A DNA stretch of 64,000 bases, taken from assembly GCA_043228905.1 (NCBI GenBank), contig JBHGNT010000015.1, forward strand, positions 13,516,001-13,580,000, in the 5' to 3' direction. Both the position numbers and the translations under genes were made by a program. Within the stretch, counting starts at the first letter, position 1. The number at the start of each line of letters is the position of its first letter. Under the pieces are notes generated by a model that ran no database searches, was not told the DNA's origin, and was given only the letters and a program-made list of their open reading frames with translations. This DNA is from Azolla caroliniana (Eukaryota > Plantae > Polypodiophyta). This document shows, in pieces, positions 25,201 to 37,688 of the stretch.

Positions 25201-27644
25201 GCCGCTTCTTCAATTGTCCGATTCTTCTGCTCGGCCACACCGTTCTACTGCGGCGTGTATCTACACGAGAATTCGCGTCGAATTCCCTCCTTCCGTAGAT
25301 AACATGTGAACTAGTTAGAGAAGTACTCCTTCCCGCCATCGGACTGTAGGCATTTGATCTTACGCCCTGTTTCCCTTTCCGCGAGGCTCTTCACCTCTAG
25401 GAAACATGTGAAAACTTCGCTCTTCTTTGCGATCGAGCATGCCCACGTGTGCCGAGTGAAACCATCGATGAAGGTTACAAAGTAACGACTTCCACTGAGA
25501 CTTACGTTCTGTGCTGGTCTCCACACATCCGAATGGCTCAAATTGAGCGGATTACGGCTCCGATTACGCTCGTTGGGGAATGGAAGTCGATGTTGTTTTC
25601 CCATCTGACAGGCTTCGCAGACTTGGCCGTTCCGGTCACGAAAGTTCAGCAACCCGAAAACAATGTTCTTCGTCTGCATTTCACGAAGCCGTGGGAAATT
25701 CATGTGGCCGAACTGCTTGTGCCACAAGTCGATATCCGATTCGAACCTTTGTCCTTTCGCGTACAACGTGGTTCCGGCTTGATTAGTGTCGAGGATAAAA
25801 ATCGTCCCTTCGCGACGCCCTTGCGCAATTTCTTTGCCTTCTTCTTCTATGAAGCAGCCGAGATGCGTGAATCGAACCTGCATTCCCTGGTCGACGATCT
25901 GACTGACCGACACCAAGTTCTTCGTTATTGTCGGCACGTGCAACACGTCCATAAGCTTCCCTTTCTGCCCTGACGTGGCTGAGGGAAACTTCACCGACAT
26001 GTTCGATGGTATGCAGGGTGTCATCTCCCATTTCGACAACCCCTCATGATTCCGGCTTCTCCAAGTACGAGAACCATTCCTTGTGACTCGTCATATGATT
26101 TGACGCTCCGGAATCGACATACCACACCTTGCTTGATTTTGAGGTGTTCACGGCCATTGAGTTGGCCTTATGCTTCATTACAAAGGCAGGGCCCGCTCCA
26201 TTTCTGGCTTGTTGCGAGCCTTCTGCATAGTGCGACTTTTGATGCCTTCCTGCGTCTCTTCCGCTCGATCCAACTTTGTCTGAATCGGCTTGTTTCTTCC
26301 AACACTCGCTCTGCTTGTGGCCTTTCTTGCCACAATACCAGCAATCCGGTGCGGTCTTCTCTTGCCGTCTTCCGGCGCCGCCATGACTCCCCCTACTTGC
26401 GGAGGGTTCAGAATTGCTTCCGGCATCTTGATTATGCCGTACATTCTCCTCTTTTCAGCCGCCTCCATTGCGCACCGATCCGCCTCGTCCACCACGACCA
26501 CAAGGCCTGTCATCCTCTGTGTAAAGCATCTTGCCATCGGCGTGCGCACTCGTCGACGCACCCGCGTGGTTTTCTTCAACGAGCAACATTGATTGAAGCT
26601 CGAAAAATGAAGGCGTAATCTCCCTCGTGCGGACTACCGTTCGGAAAGGTCCAAACTTTGACGCCAAACCACCAAAACAAAGCTGCACCGGTTCATCTTC
26701 CTCGACATTCATGTTGACGGAGGCGAGAGAGTCACAAATTTCTTTGATCTTGGTGGTGTAATCAACCACCAACATATCGTTTTGTCGTACATTGCTGAGC
26801 TCCTGTCTGAGCTGTAGCTTTCTGGCCATTGTGCTGGCGGCGAAAATCCTTTAGAGATTTGCCCACGCGTCCTTCAATGTCTTGGCATCTCGAATATAGC
26901 TCAAAAGCTGATCGCTCACACAGGATTCAAAGCAGTATAGCACTTTGCTTGCCGCTTGTTCCCAAGCCGGATAGTTCCTGTGTGTCGAGTCGGGTGCCAC
27001 ATCGTTTGCTCCTTCGACATAACTCCAGTAGCCATGGCCGAGTAGGTACTGGTGCATCTTGTAAGACCAAGATGTGTAGTTGCTTCTGTCAAGCTTTTCA
27101 GTCGAAAGTGAGCTTCCCATTCCTCTTTCCATAGTACAGTTTTTGTTTTTCTTCTCCGAACGCGAACAACTTCAACTTTGTTTCGTCACTAACTTTTCTT
27201 GGCGGCTGCAGAGGACTTCAACCCTCGCGCTTTGATACCATGTAAAAGAATACATGTGCGGAAGTGTATGCGAAACACAGAGTATACAGTTCGGAGAAAT
27301 CTAAACACACAAAGATGAAGATGTAGAGAGGGAGAGACTAAGAGAGCAGACAACACAATTCTATTTCAAAATAATGATACTCTGTGTACATACACCGTGC
27401 TTAGTGAGCACCTTTTATACAAGCCCTGACAATCGGGCTGACACAAGTACTGACAGTACTTGAATGCTCATAAATGAGCCTCGATACTCACTCCCAAAAT
27501 TATTCCTTACGAGGAATATCTCTCTAACGGCCTTTCGGTTTATGCACCGATACGGCCAGGTTGTGCGTACTAACTTACACGTCCAGTCTACACATTAGGT
27601 TACGCGCCATATTACGCACCCAATGTTGAGCTTGTCACTCAACA
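22271..27644 (-). mobile_element. Full-length degenerate Ty1/Copia element; 5' LTR 27241-27644, partial 3' LTR 22271-22570, TSD GTTAG
   Basis: Matching LTRs start TGTAAAAGAATAC; PBS (tttgatacca, 27231-27240); gag, INT (CEACQMGKQ, SDGGKEY), RT ([16 protein letters not shown]) and RNase H (YTDADWAG, HARTKHIEV) split by frameshifts; GTTAG at 22266-22270 and 27645-27649. Confidence 0.95.
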
Positions 27645-27995
27645 GTTAGCTAATTAGCTACATCTTGGCTAATTAAATATTCTGCTTAAGTATGGCAGTA
27701 GCTAATTAGCTACATCTTGGCTAATTAGCTATTGTACTTAAGTATGACAATAGCTAATTAGCCACCACTCTGGATATTGCTTAGCTAAGCAGTATAACAT
27801 TACATTGTAGCTAATTAGTTGCGACAATAGCTAATTAGTTGCCACAATAGCTTATTAGCTACTACACTTTATACCGCTTAGCTAATTACCTATGTTGTAG
27901 CTAATTAGCTACTACACTAATGAACCATACCAACTAAATAGCTACCACACTTTATATGGCTTAGCTAATAAGGTAAGATGTAACTAATTAGCTAT
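27645..27995. repeat. AGCTAATTAGCT satellite (right part)
   Basis: Continues the same array after the Copia TSD. Confidence 0.9.
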
Positions 27996-29406
27996 TGCAC
28001 TTTAGAGACAAGCAACAATTTTACCTACCAGTTTTCTCCACTCATCTGGGAGAGTTGTATTGCAATCCCCCACACAGACTGCAGCAATGTGATAGGCATA
28101 TTGAAAACAAACGATATGGTATGTGTGCTTGCATGGTCGTAGGTGTACCAATAGAGTAGCAGTTTTGTCCCCTACGCCTAAGCTGCGAGTGATGCAAGGT
28201 GCTTAAATAGTCAATATATCGTTGCTTGATTCTCCTTCGTTTGGTAAGGGAGCAAGAATGTTGACATCCAATTCTTGTCTGTTCCTTACCATCCCCTCCA
28301 CAAAATGTAGTTGCTTCTTAAGGCAACTAACTACGTGTTCTCCACGGGAGTATTGTTCCTAGAACACAACCAAGAAATTTACCGATTTATCATTCCTTAA
28401 TGAGGAAGATAGAACAACAAGAAACAAGAATCATCAACTTACTTGGGGGTTTTCCAAATTGTAATCAGTGACAATATTTACACCTAGAAGGTCCAGGTTC
28501 ATTGAAAGAACCTAGATCTTTGTCTACAGTTGTATATTCCGTTGGGGATCCAGTGGCCCCTCAATTTCGAGCTCATGTTGAGCAACCTGTTCTAGATAAT
28601 GCCTCACTAAGCAGATTTTCATGTACAAGTTATTTATAACATGTTACATACTAGCAAAATAATAGCTAGCTATATCTTATTTTTGATTGTTCTCACTGCC
28701 AAAGTGACTTTGCTCTCCATCGCAGCAACCAATGTTGCTTTCTCTAAATCAATCTTTGTTGCCTCCAATGTCTCACAGGCTTCATGGACATTTTTAAGCA
28801 TATAGCTAATCAATGTCTCACATGTATCATCGACATTGGCTTTCATTGTGTTTTGGTGTGGTGTAAACTTGCGGGTTTGTTGGGAGTCGACAGTTGCATC
28901 ATCAACGGTCATGCTCCAGAATCTTGCCATTTTTTGTTGCAAGCTCCCCATCTTCCAGCATCGTTCTACCGATGCCTCACCATAAATAGTCCAAGCTATC
29001 CTGTACTTTTAGGGTATGTTGCTTCCTTCGTTGTTTTGCATTAGTTGTATGCAAAAGCTTTGGCGAATGCAATGGACAAATCGTTGTTGATTGTGATCTC
29101 TTGATGTACTTTCTGGTGGAGCCTCATGCAGTCATCATATAGCTCCGATCGTACATGCTTGAGGTTCACCTTGCCTTTCACTCTAGGAACTTATAGATTG
29201 ACAACCAGTCTACATCACTAATCAATTTATCGGTTAGAACAACAGGGTCAATACCCTCTAATGACAAACCATATATGTTGCTAAAGTCCTCCTTTGTCTT
29301 GCAAAACGTTGCAAAGTTCAACACTCTAGGATATGGAGAAACGCACCACTTGAAATAAAAAATCAATACATGTTACCTCTGCTATTGGGACAGATGTATT
29401 TAGATC

Positions 29407-30035
29407 CATAATTGGTAGGGAAGAATAAAAAATAAAAAATGAGTCACATTCACTCAAATCCTAAAGCCAAATTGGGGAAAGTTTGCAGACACACAACCAT
29501 TGAAATCAGAAATGTGAATTGGTGCAAATTTCCAACACTAAATCTTAAATTTTCAACAGTAATCAGAAATCAACCGCTAAAAAAAGCAGAATCCCTATTC
29601 GAAAACCTTAATAAAAAACCCTAATCAGAAATCAACCGCTAAAAGAATAAAAAACCCTATTCAAAAACCTTTAAAAAATCCTAATCAGAAATCAACCGCT
29701 TAAGGAAATCAAAAACCCTAATCTGAAATATGTATGAAATCAACCCTAATCATAATTGGTACGGAAGAATCAAAAATAAAATATCCACCCAAATCCTATT
29801 AATAAAGTTTGGGGGAAGTTTGCAAATACACAACCATTGAAATCAGAAATGTGAATTAAAGATCCATACTGATGACAATGGATTTGACATGCTGACAAAG
29901 AACCTAGTGATTTCCTTAAGCGGTTGATTTTTTATTAGGGTTTCTTATTAAGATTTTTTATTAAGGTTTCTGATTTTTTAAGCGGTTGATTTCTAATTAC
30001 TGTCAAAAATTTCAGATTTAATGTTGAAATTTTGC
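29407..30035. repeat. About 345-bp tandem duplication with AATCAGAAATCAACCGCT subrepeats; part of the second unit is inverted
   Basis: Units start CATAATTGGTA at 29407 and 29751; 29908-30035 is the reverse complement of the expected continuation. Confidence 0.75.
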
Positions 30036-32025
30036 TGTGTAAACTCTCCCTCTTCCACTTTCTCCTGTAACCAGTGATACCTCCTCTTTATATGTTTGGT
30101 TCGGAAGTGGTATGCAACATTCTTGGCTAGATGTATGGCGCTCTGATAGTCACAATGAAGCAAGAGCTCCCATTGCTCCATTCCCAACTCACTGAAAAAG
30201 TTTCTAATCCAAATCAGCTCTTTGCTAGTCTCTATCACTGCCATATACTCTAGCTCTATGGTCGACAGGGCCACAAACTTCAACAGTCGTGATTGCCACG
30301 ACACTACTCCCCGTGCCTAGGTCATCATGTACCCTGAACTGGATCAACTTGAGTCGGCATCTCCCGACATGCCCGAATTGGTAAACCCTTGGAACATAGG
30401 TTTTCCGGCACCATACCTTAGGCATACCCCAGAGGTGCCTTTTAAGTACCTGAGTATCCACTTCACCGGTGCCTAATGTTCTCTTCCTAGATTACTCATG
30501 TGTCGGCTTACTGCTCCCACAACAAATGTTATGTCTGGTCTCATACAGACCATAACATACATTAAACTATCGACGACCGAGGCATACAATACTTTCCTCA
30601 TCTCAACTTTTTCTTTCTCCCCTCTCGGGCATTGCTTTGCATTCAACTTGCAATTGGTCGGCAACACAGAGCCGACTGGCTTTGCTTCCGACATGTTGAA
30701 TCTTTCTAGGATCTTTGTCACATACTTCTCTTGTGACAACAACAACACTTTCTTTGTTCTATCCCAAACTATGTGCATCCCTAAAATCTGTTTTGCTGGT
30801 CCAAGATCTTTCATGGAAAATGACTTGCGTAGAGCTTTCTTCAAGCTCACGATCATCTTCGCTTCTTGTCTAACTATCAACATATTATCCACATATAATA
30901 AGAGAATCAAGAAGTCACCTTCATCATACCTTTTGGCGAACACACAGTGATTAGCTTGCGTTTTCTGGAAACTATGTTCTTGCATGAAGGACTCGAACTT
31001 CTTGTACCATACAAGCTTTTCTTCAGTCGACACACCAAGTTCTCTTTCCCTTTCTCCACAACGCCTTCGGGCTGGTGCATGTAGATCTCTTCATCTAGCT
31101 CTCTGTGCAAGAATGTTGTCTTGACATCCAACTGTTCGATCTCCAGGTCCATACTGGTAGCTATGCTTAGAACAGTTCTAATGGATGTCATCTTCACAAC
31201 TTGTGCGAAGATCTAATCAAAGTCAACACCCTTTTTCTGTTGGAACCCCTTCATCACAATGAGGGATTATATCTGGGTGTGTTGTTGATTTCTCTAGTCT
31301 TCACATTGTAGACTTGGCATTTATTTCTGAGTGCTCTCTTACCTTTTGGTAGCTCCACCAAATCATAGATATAATTTTCTTGCAAGGAGTCCACATCTCA
31401 TCTTGCATTGCACTCTACCATTTCTCTTTGTGCTCTTTGGCCATGGCTTCTTCATAGCACTTAGGTTCACCTTCATCAGTCAAGTGGATGTATTGATTGG
31501 CATATGTCGTCGGTGCTCTCCTTTCTCTAAGTGGGTATCTCCTTCCACTTGTTCTCGGCTCCAATTCAGATGTCTCTACCAACACTTCTCTTGGCTCAGG
31601 TTCATATGTGTCGATCGGTCATTGACGGGTTAGCTGATTCTGCCTCTTATTCCTCGATCGACTTCAATAGCTCTGCCCGACTCTGACTCATCTGTATTTC
31701 TTGGTTGGTCCGAGTCGACCGACTCGGATTCGGTTGTGCTGACTGGCTGTCTCCGAATAGCTGAGTGTGTTGGTTGACTTGGCCTTGAGTCGGTAGTAGT
31801 GGGAGTCGAGTGGGAAGTCAATTCCGACTTCTATTGCTTCCAGTCCTAAATGTTCTTGTCTTCCAAGAAGACTAACATCCTAACTCCTCACTACTTTCTT
31901 ATTGACTAAGTCCCACAACCTGTAGCTTCGACCTCTGATCCTTAGCCATATGCATATGCACCAGACATCCGAACACCCTCAAGTTTCGGTAGGAGACATC
32001 CTTTCCTGTCCACACCCTTTGTGGG
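30035..32025 (-). mobile_element. Degenerate Copia pol fragment (INT C-terminus, RT, RNase H)
   Basis: QLDVKTTFLH, LLLYVDNMLI, MKDLGPAKQILGM and CDYQSAIHLAKN...RTKHI. Confidence 0.9.
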
Positions 32026-33477
32026 TGCCATGATATGGCATGACTCATGCCCATGACCTTACGTTACATGGATCGAGCTCTTGACCATTAGACTATATGT
32101 TGTAATACGAAGGATATTATTTTCATTTAAGTTTTACTATAGAAAATTGATGTATATTCCAAATTTCTCTGGAACATTCTAGAAATTTCAGGAGTAGTCC
32201 TAAGAACACTATAAAAGGAGGCACACGGCATTATTTCGAACCAAATCAGTTCAACGCCAGTCTTAAGCCTCCTAGCCGTCCTTGTATATTCTTTTCACAT
32301 AGTATATCGCTGTCATCATCATTTTCTCTCTCTCTCTCTCTCTCTCTCTCGTCTTCTACACCCACTTTTCCTCTTAGTACTAATTTCCTCTCTATCTCAG
32401 TACTATTCCTGATAGTTTGAACCGATTTTCTTTCACCTCTTTCCTCCTCTTCCTTTTATCTTCTTACGTTTCCCTCGCTTCATACTAATATCTTATTCCT
32501 CTTTCCTCTCATCCTATGGCCACTGTTAGTTCTCAAGAATATCAATCCGTTTTCTCGAAGCTGCAATGCTTGAAAGAAAAGTTCGTTGCTTTGGAACAAG
32601 AAAATCAATGGTTGTTGGGGGATCTTCAACAAATTTCCTTAGAAAAGCAGCAGACGCAACAACAACATGGAGAACTAGCGTTACGTGTGTAAGAACTTGA
32701 AGCAACCATAGTAGCGATGCAACAACAAGGACCTAGTACGTAAGGGATTCATAAAGAACCCAAGATCGGACTTCCCATGAAATTCAATGGAACGCGATGA
32801 CAGTTTAGAGGATTCCTTAATCAGGTATGATTAGTCATTCAAATGCATCCTTCCCGATATCCCACTGATGCATCACGAGTGGGTTTAGTAGGCACGGTGT
32901 GAAGTGGCTCAACTTTGGCATGGTTCGCTCCATTGTTAGAAAAGGAATCTCCTTTACTAAACAATTTTGAAGAGTTTTTAAGTGAGTTTAAAGCCTGTTT
33001 TGGAGATACTGACAGCATAAGGACAACAATCAACAAAATCTGACGATTACGTCAAGGTGATCATCCAGCCTATGCATATGTTGCAGATTTCCACCTACTC
33101 ACCTCCGATATCCACTATGATGACCAAGCACTAATGGAGCAATTTTGTTATGGTCTACGTAACTATGTCAAGGATGTACTCTTGACCTTCCCCAATCCAG
33201 CACTAATGAAGTCATTGACAAAAGCAATCAGTTGCGTGGTGAGATGTGACAATCATCTTTTTGAACGACGTTCGGAACGTTAGTTCAAGATGCCAAGGGC
33301 AAGATCAAAGCCCACCTACGCCTCAATGCTAGCAAACCCTTTTCCAAGGGAGTCATATAATGCATCTCCAGTAAATACTCCAACTCCTATGGAAATTGAT
33401 ACTACATGTCGTCGCATACCATTAGTGGAAGAAGAAAAGCAGCTACGCCGTGCAAATTGACTATGTCTTTACTGCGG
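32026..33477 (+). mobile_element. Ty3/Gypsy (Tf1/Tcn1-like chromovirus) 5' LTR (32026-32414) plus degenerate gag, truncated
   Basis: EPKIGLPMKFNG...FRGFLNQ...RLRQG...PTPMEID...LCLYCG with stops; LTR is homologous to the solo LTR at 13241-14275. Confidence 0.85.
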
Positions 33478-36400
33478 TGTCGTGTTGTTACGCTCACGTG
33501 TATGAAATAAGGCGGGACCGCGGGGGCCCTAAACCGAGGAGTGTCAAAGAGAAGAGGGAGAGAGATTCGCAGGAACACAGAAAGACAGAAACGAAAGAAC
33601 CAATTCCAATAATAGTATAGATTATAGAGATTGCAATGTTACAACCGGCTAGCTGGTGACAGACTCAACACAGACGAACACACGCGCTGAAATACGTGGT
33701 GGAGCCTCTACGGGAAGCACGCGGGCTTACACGTAGAAGAGGCAACCAACCTAACCCAAAATCCCGGATCTGGTCTCGTACCGTTGCAAGGGTCCGGCCC
33801 CTCCGGCTTTTCTCGCACACATGTCTTCTACCAGAACTTCGTAGTTCTGGCACACGGCTTCCACAAAGCCAGTCTTTTCTTCAACTGGATATCTCAACCC
33901 GGTGACCTTCCGGACCCTTCTTTCCGCACGGTCCGCTTCGTCCCTTCTCAACCGCATGCCGGCGAGGCCTTCTAGCACCACCGGCAAGAACCCAGAATCT
34001 TTGTTCTTCCGGCCTTCGTCACTCCTGACCCGGATTCCTGCCGACGCCGAGTAGTGGATGGTCTCCGAGTGGCGCGGCGCCGCTTCTTCCATCAGTCTCT
34101 TCATTCCTTCTCGTCTGATATTTAGCTCCAGGGCTCTTCGGGTCTCGCTAGCATGCACCCTCCCATTCCATAGGTACACCACATTAGCCCTTATTGCTTC
34201 AGCGAAGTCCACGCAATCCTTCCGGACGTGACCGACTGTGTCACACCACAAGCAACGATACCCACCCGGAGGGCTTCGGTCGCGAGGCTGCTCACTGCCG
34301 TCCCTCCTCGCTTGTGCAATCTGGAGGTCTCATACCATCTGCGTTAGTTCTTCCAGAACCGCTCCGCCGGACGGGCGCTTGACCATGTTGGACGAGCCTG
34401 TCTCAAGCCAATCTTGGGTTCCCTCCTTGCGCGCCCGTAGGGGTTCCTTGAGGTTTCTTGCCGCAACTGCTCCTGCCCCCAACGAGCCCTTGTCGACCGA
34501 CTCACGCCGTTTATTCAAACGGACGCAGACCCCTTTTACCACGGTCCAGTCAGCTGTCAGCCCATCGTCCATCTCCAGCAAGAGACCCACTTGCTCCCGA
34601 TCCCGCATGTCCACAAGTTTGACGAATAAAAGGACACGGCTCGTATCCAATATGGTCCAGTCTAGTGCCGAAAGACGTGTAAAGCGTTCCTCGAACTCCC
34701 GGAGGAGCGCCGACGCATTCCTTCCCTTTCCTAGGGTCTCTACCCAATCCATAAAGTCCCGCTTCGATAACCGAAGCGTGTCATCAAGCCCGTACAGCTC
34801 GAGGAGCCGCGTTTCGAATTCCCCTCCAGTTCCGGCATCGAGCCCACACCTCGAGCACCTCTGCATGGATGCCTGGTGTCGGTACTCGGGGAAAACCAGC
34901 CATACGCCTCTCCTCTGGGATGTCCCTTGTTACCATTTCGGACAGGTAGGCCGCCAAATAACTCCTGGCGCCCTTCCCATCAAACCGGCCTATTGTGCCG
35001 ACAATTGCTTCAATGGCCCTGTCGAGGGCGCCTGTGCTGTTGCGAGGACTTACTATCCGATCGACTGCTGCCGCCATGGCTTCAATGAGCTTTAATCCCG
35101 TCAATTTCGATTTCTCTACCGCCTTGTTTCACGTCGGCTTCACAAATTTAATGTCGTGTTGTTACGCTGATGCGTATGAAATAAGGCGGGACCGCGGGGC
35201 CTTGAACCGAGGAGTGTGAGAGAGAAGAGAGAGAGATATTTGCAGGAACACAGAGACACAGAAACAAAAGAATCAATTCCAATAACAGTATAGATTATAG
35301 AGATTGCAATGTTACAACCAGCCAGCTGGTGATAGACTCAACATAGATGAACACACGCGCTGAAATTCGTGGTGGAGCCTCTACGGGAAGCACGCGGGCT
35401 TACACGTAGCAAAGGCAACCAACCTAACCCAAAATCTTGGATCGGGTCTCGTACCGTTGCGAGGGTCCGGCACCTCCGGCTTTTCCTGCATACATGTCTT
35501 CTACCAGAACTTTGTAGTTCTGGCACATGGTTTCCACAAAACCGGTCTTTTCTTCAACCGGATGTCTCCACTCGGTGACCTCACGGACCCGTCTTTCCAG
35601 ACAATCCGCCTCTTCCCTTCTCAACCGCACGCCGGCGAGGCATTCTAGCATCATTGGCCACAATCTGGAGTCTTTGTTCTTCCGTCCTTCGTCACTCCCT
35701 ACATGGATTCCTACCGACGCCGAGTAGTGGATGGTCTCAGCGTGGCGCGCCGCCACTTCTTCCATCAGTGTCTTCATTCCTCCCCGTTTGATATTCACCT
35801 CCAGGGCTCTCTGGGTCTCGTTAGTGTGCACCCTGCCGTTCCATAGGTACACCACATTAGCCCTTATTACTTTTGCGAGGTCCATGCAGTCCTTCCGGAC
35901 GTGACCGATCGTGTAACACCACAAGCACCGATGCCCACTGGGAGGCCTTCGATCGCAAGGCTGCTCACTGCCATCCCTCCTCGCTTCTGCAATTTGGAGG
36001 TCTCGTACCATCTGCGTCAATTCTTCCAGAGCCGCTCCGCCGGACGGACGCTCCGCTCCCTCCTTGCGCGCTGGCGGGGTCCCTTGAGGTTTCTTGCCGC
36101 AACCGCTCCTGCACCCGACGAGCCCTTGTCAACCCACTCACGATGTTTGTCGAAACGACCGTGGACGCCTTTTGCCACGGCCTAGTCGGTTGTTTGCCCA
36201 TCATCCATCTCCAACAGGAGACCCACTTGCTCCCGATCCCCCAAATCCAAAGGTTTGACGAATAAAAGGACACGGCTCGTGTCCAGTACGTTCCTGTCCA
36301 ATGCCGAAAGACAAATGAAGCATTTCTTGAACTCCCGGAGGAGCGCCGACGCATTCCTCCCCTTTCCTAGGGTCTCTACCCAATCCATAAAGTCCCGCTT

Positions 36401-37688
36401 CGATAACTGAAGCGTGTCATCAACCCCGTACCACTCGAGGAGCCGCACTTCGAATTCCACCCAGGTCCGGCATCAAGCCTGCACCTCGAGCACCTCTGTG
36501 TGGATGCCCGGTGTCGCTACCCGGGGAAACCCAGCTAGACGCCTCTCCTCTGGGATGTCCCTCAACACCATTACGGCCAGGTAGGCCACCAAATAACTCC
36601 TAGCGTCCTTCCCATCGAACCGGCCTATTGTGCCGACAATTGGTTCAATGGCCCTGTCGAGGGCGCCCGTGCCCTCTCGAGCATTTACTATCCGATCGAC
36701 TGTTGGTGCCATGGCTTCGGCGAGCTCTAATATCCTCATTTTCGATTCCTCTGCCTCCTTGTTTCACGTTGGGTTCACCAATTTAATGGCGTGTTGTTAC
36801 GGTCGTGCGCATGAAATAAGTCGGGACCGTGGGGGCCCTAAACCGAGGAGTGTGAGAGAGAAGAGGGAGAGAGATTCGCAGGAACATAGAGAGACAGAAA
36901 TGAAAGAATCAATTCCAATAATAGTATAGATTACAGAGCTTGCAATGTTACAACCAGCCAGTTGGTGACCGACTTAACACACATGAACACATGCGTTGAA
37001 ATACGTAGTGGAGCCTCTACGGGAAGCAGGCGGGCTTACACGTAGCAGAGCCGACCAACCTAACCCAAAATCCCGGATCGGGTTTCATACCGTTGTGAGG
37101 GTCCGGCCCCTCCGGCTTTTCCCACACGCTTGTCTTCTACCAGAACTTTGTAGTTCTGGCACACGGCTTCCACAAAGCCGTTCTTTTCTTCGACTGGATG
37201 TCTCCACCCGGTGACATCCCAGATTTGTCTTTCCGCACGGTCCGCTTCGTCCCTTCTCAACCGCACGCCGGCGAGGCCCTTTAGCACCACCGACCATAAC
37301 CCGGAGTCTGGATTTCTGCCCCGCGTGGTCTCCACATGGCGCGGCACCGCTTCTTCCATCTGTCTCTTTATTCCTCCTCGTTTGATATTCATCTCCATGG
37401 CTCTCCGGGTCTCGCTAGCGTGCACTCTCCTATTCCATAGGTACACAAGAATAGCCCTTTTGCTTTTGCGAAGTCGACACAGTCCTTCCGGACGTGACCG
37501 ACTGCGTCACACCACAAGCATCGATGTCGACCCGTAGGCCTTCGGTCGCAAGGCTGCTCATTGTCGTCCCTCCTGGCTTGTGCAATTTGGAGGTCTCGTA
37601 CCATCTGCGTCAGTTCTTCCAGGGCCGCTCCGCCGGACGGGCCCTTGACGATGCCGGATGAGCCTATCTCAAGCCAATCCCGGGTTCC
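33478..37688 (-). mobile_element. Tandem array of ~1.65-kb gag-only retroelement units (partial LTR - PBS-Trp - gag); unit 3 continues at 43119-43459 and 62268-62645
   Basis: Unit starts at 33478, ~35152, ~36787 and ~62646 (TGTCGTGTTGTTACG); gag with GRFDGK and CLWCDxVGHVRKDC knuckle; TCACGTCGGGTTCACCA-like site next to each unit end. Confidence 0.85.

Larger units (their letters stand above)
19601..29366 (-). pseudogene. Fragmented multi-exon gene of unknown function, probably transposon cargo, convergent with 18380-18997
   Basis: Series of minus-strand ORF pieces (29178-29366, 28670-28951, 21079-21387, 20895-21140, 20092-20388, 19601-19843) interrupted by a satellite and a Copia; no domain recognised. 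Confidence 0.35.

Noticed and set aside
21420-27995. CRISPR-like array (palindromic repeat plus spacers)
   Set aside because: The core is only 12 bp, spacers are short, irregular and themselves repeated, there are no cas genes, and the context is eukaryotic.
36761-36781. tRNA-Trp gene
   Set aside because: Only the 3'-terminal ~17 nt including CCA are present, next to an LTR end; it is a primer-binding site.
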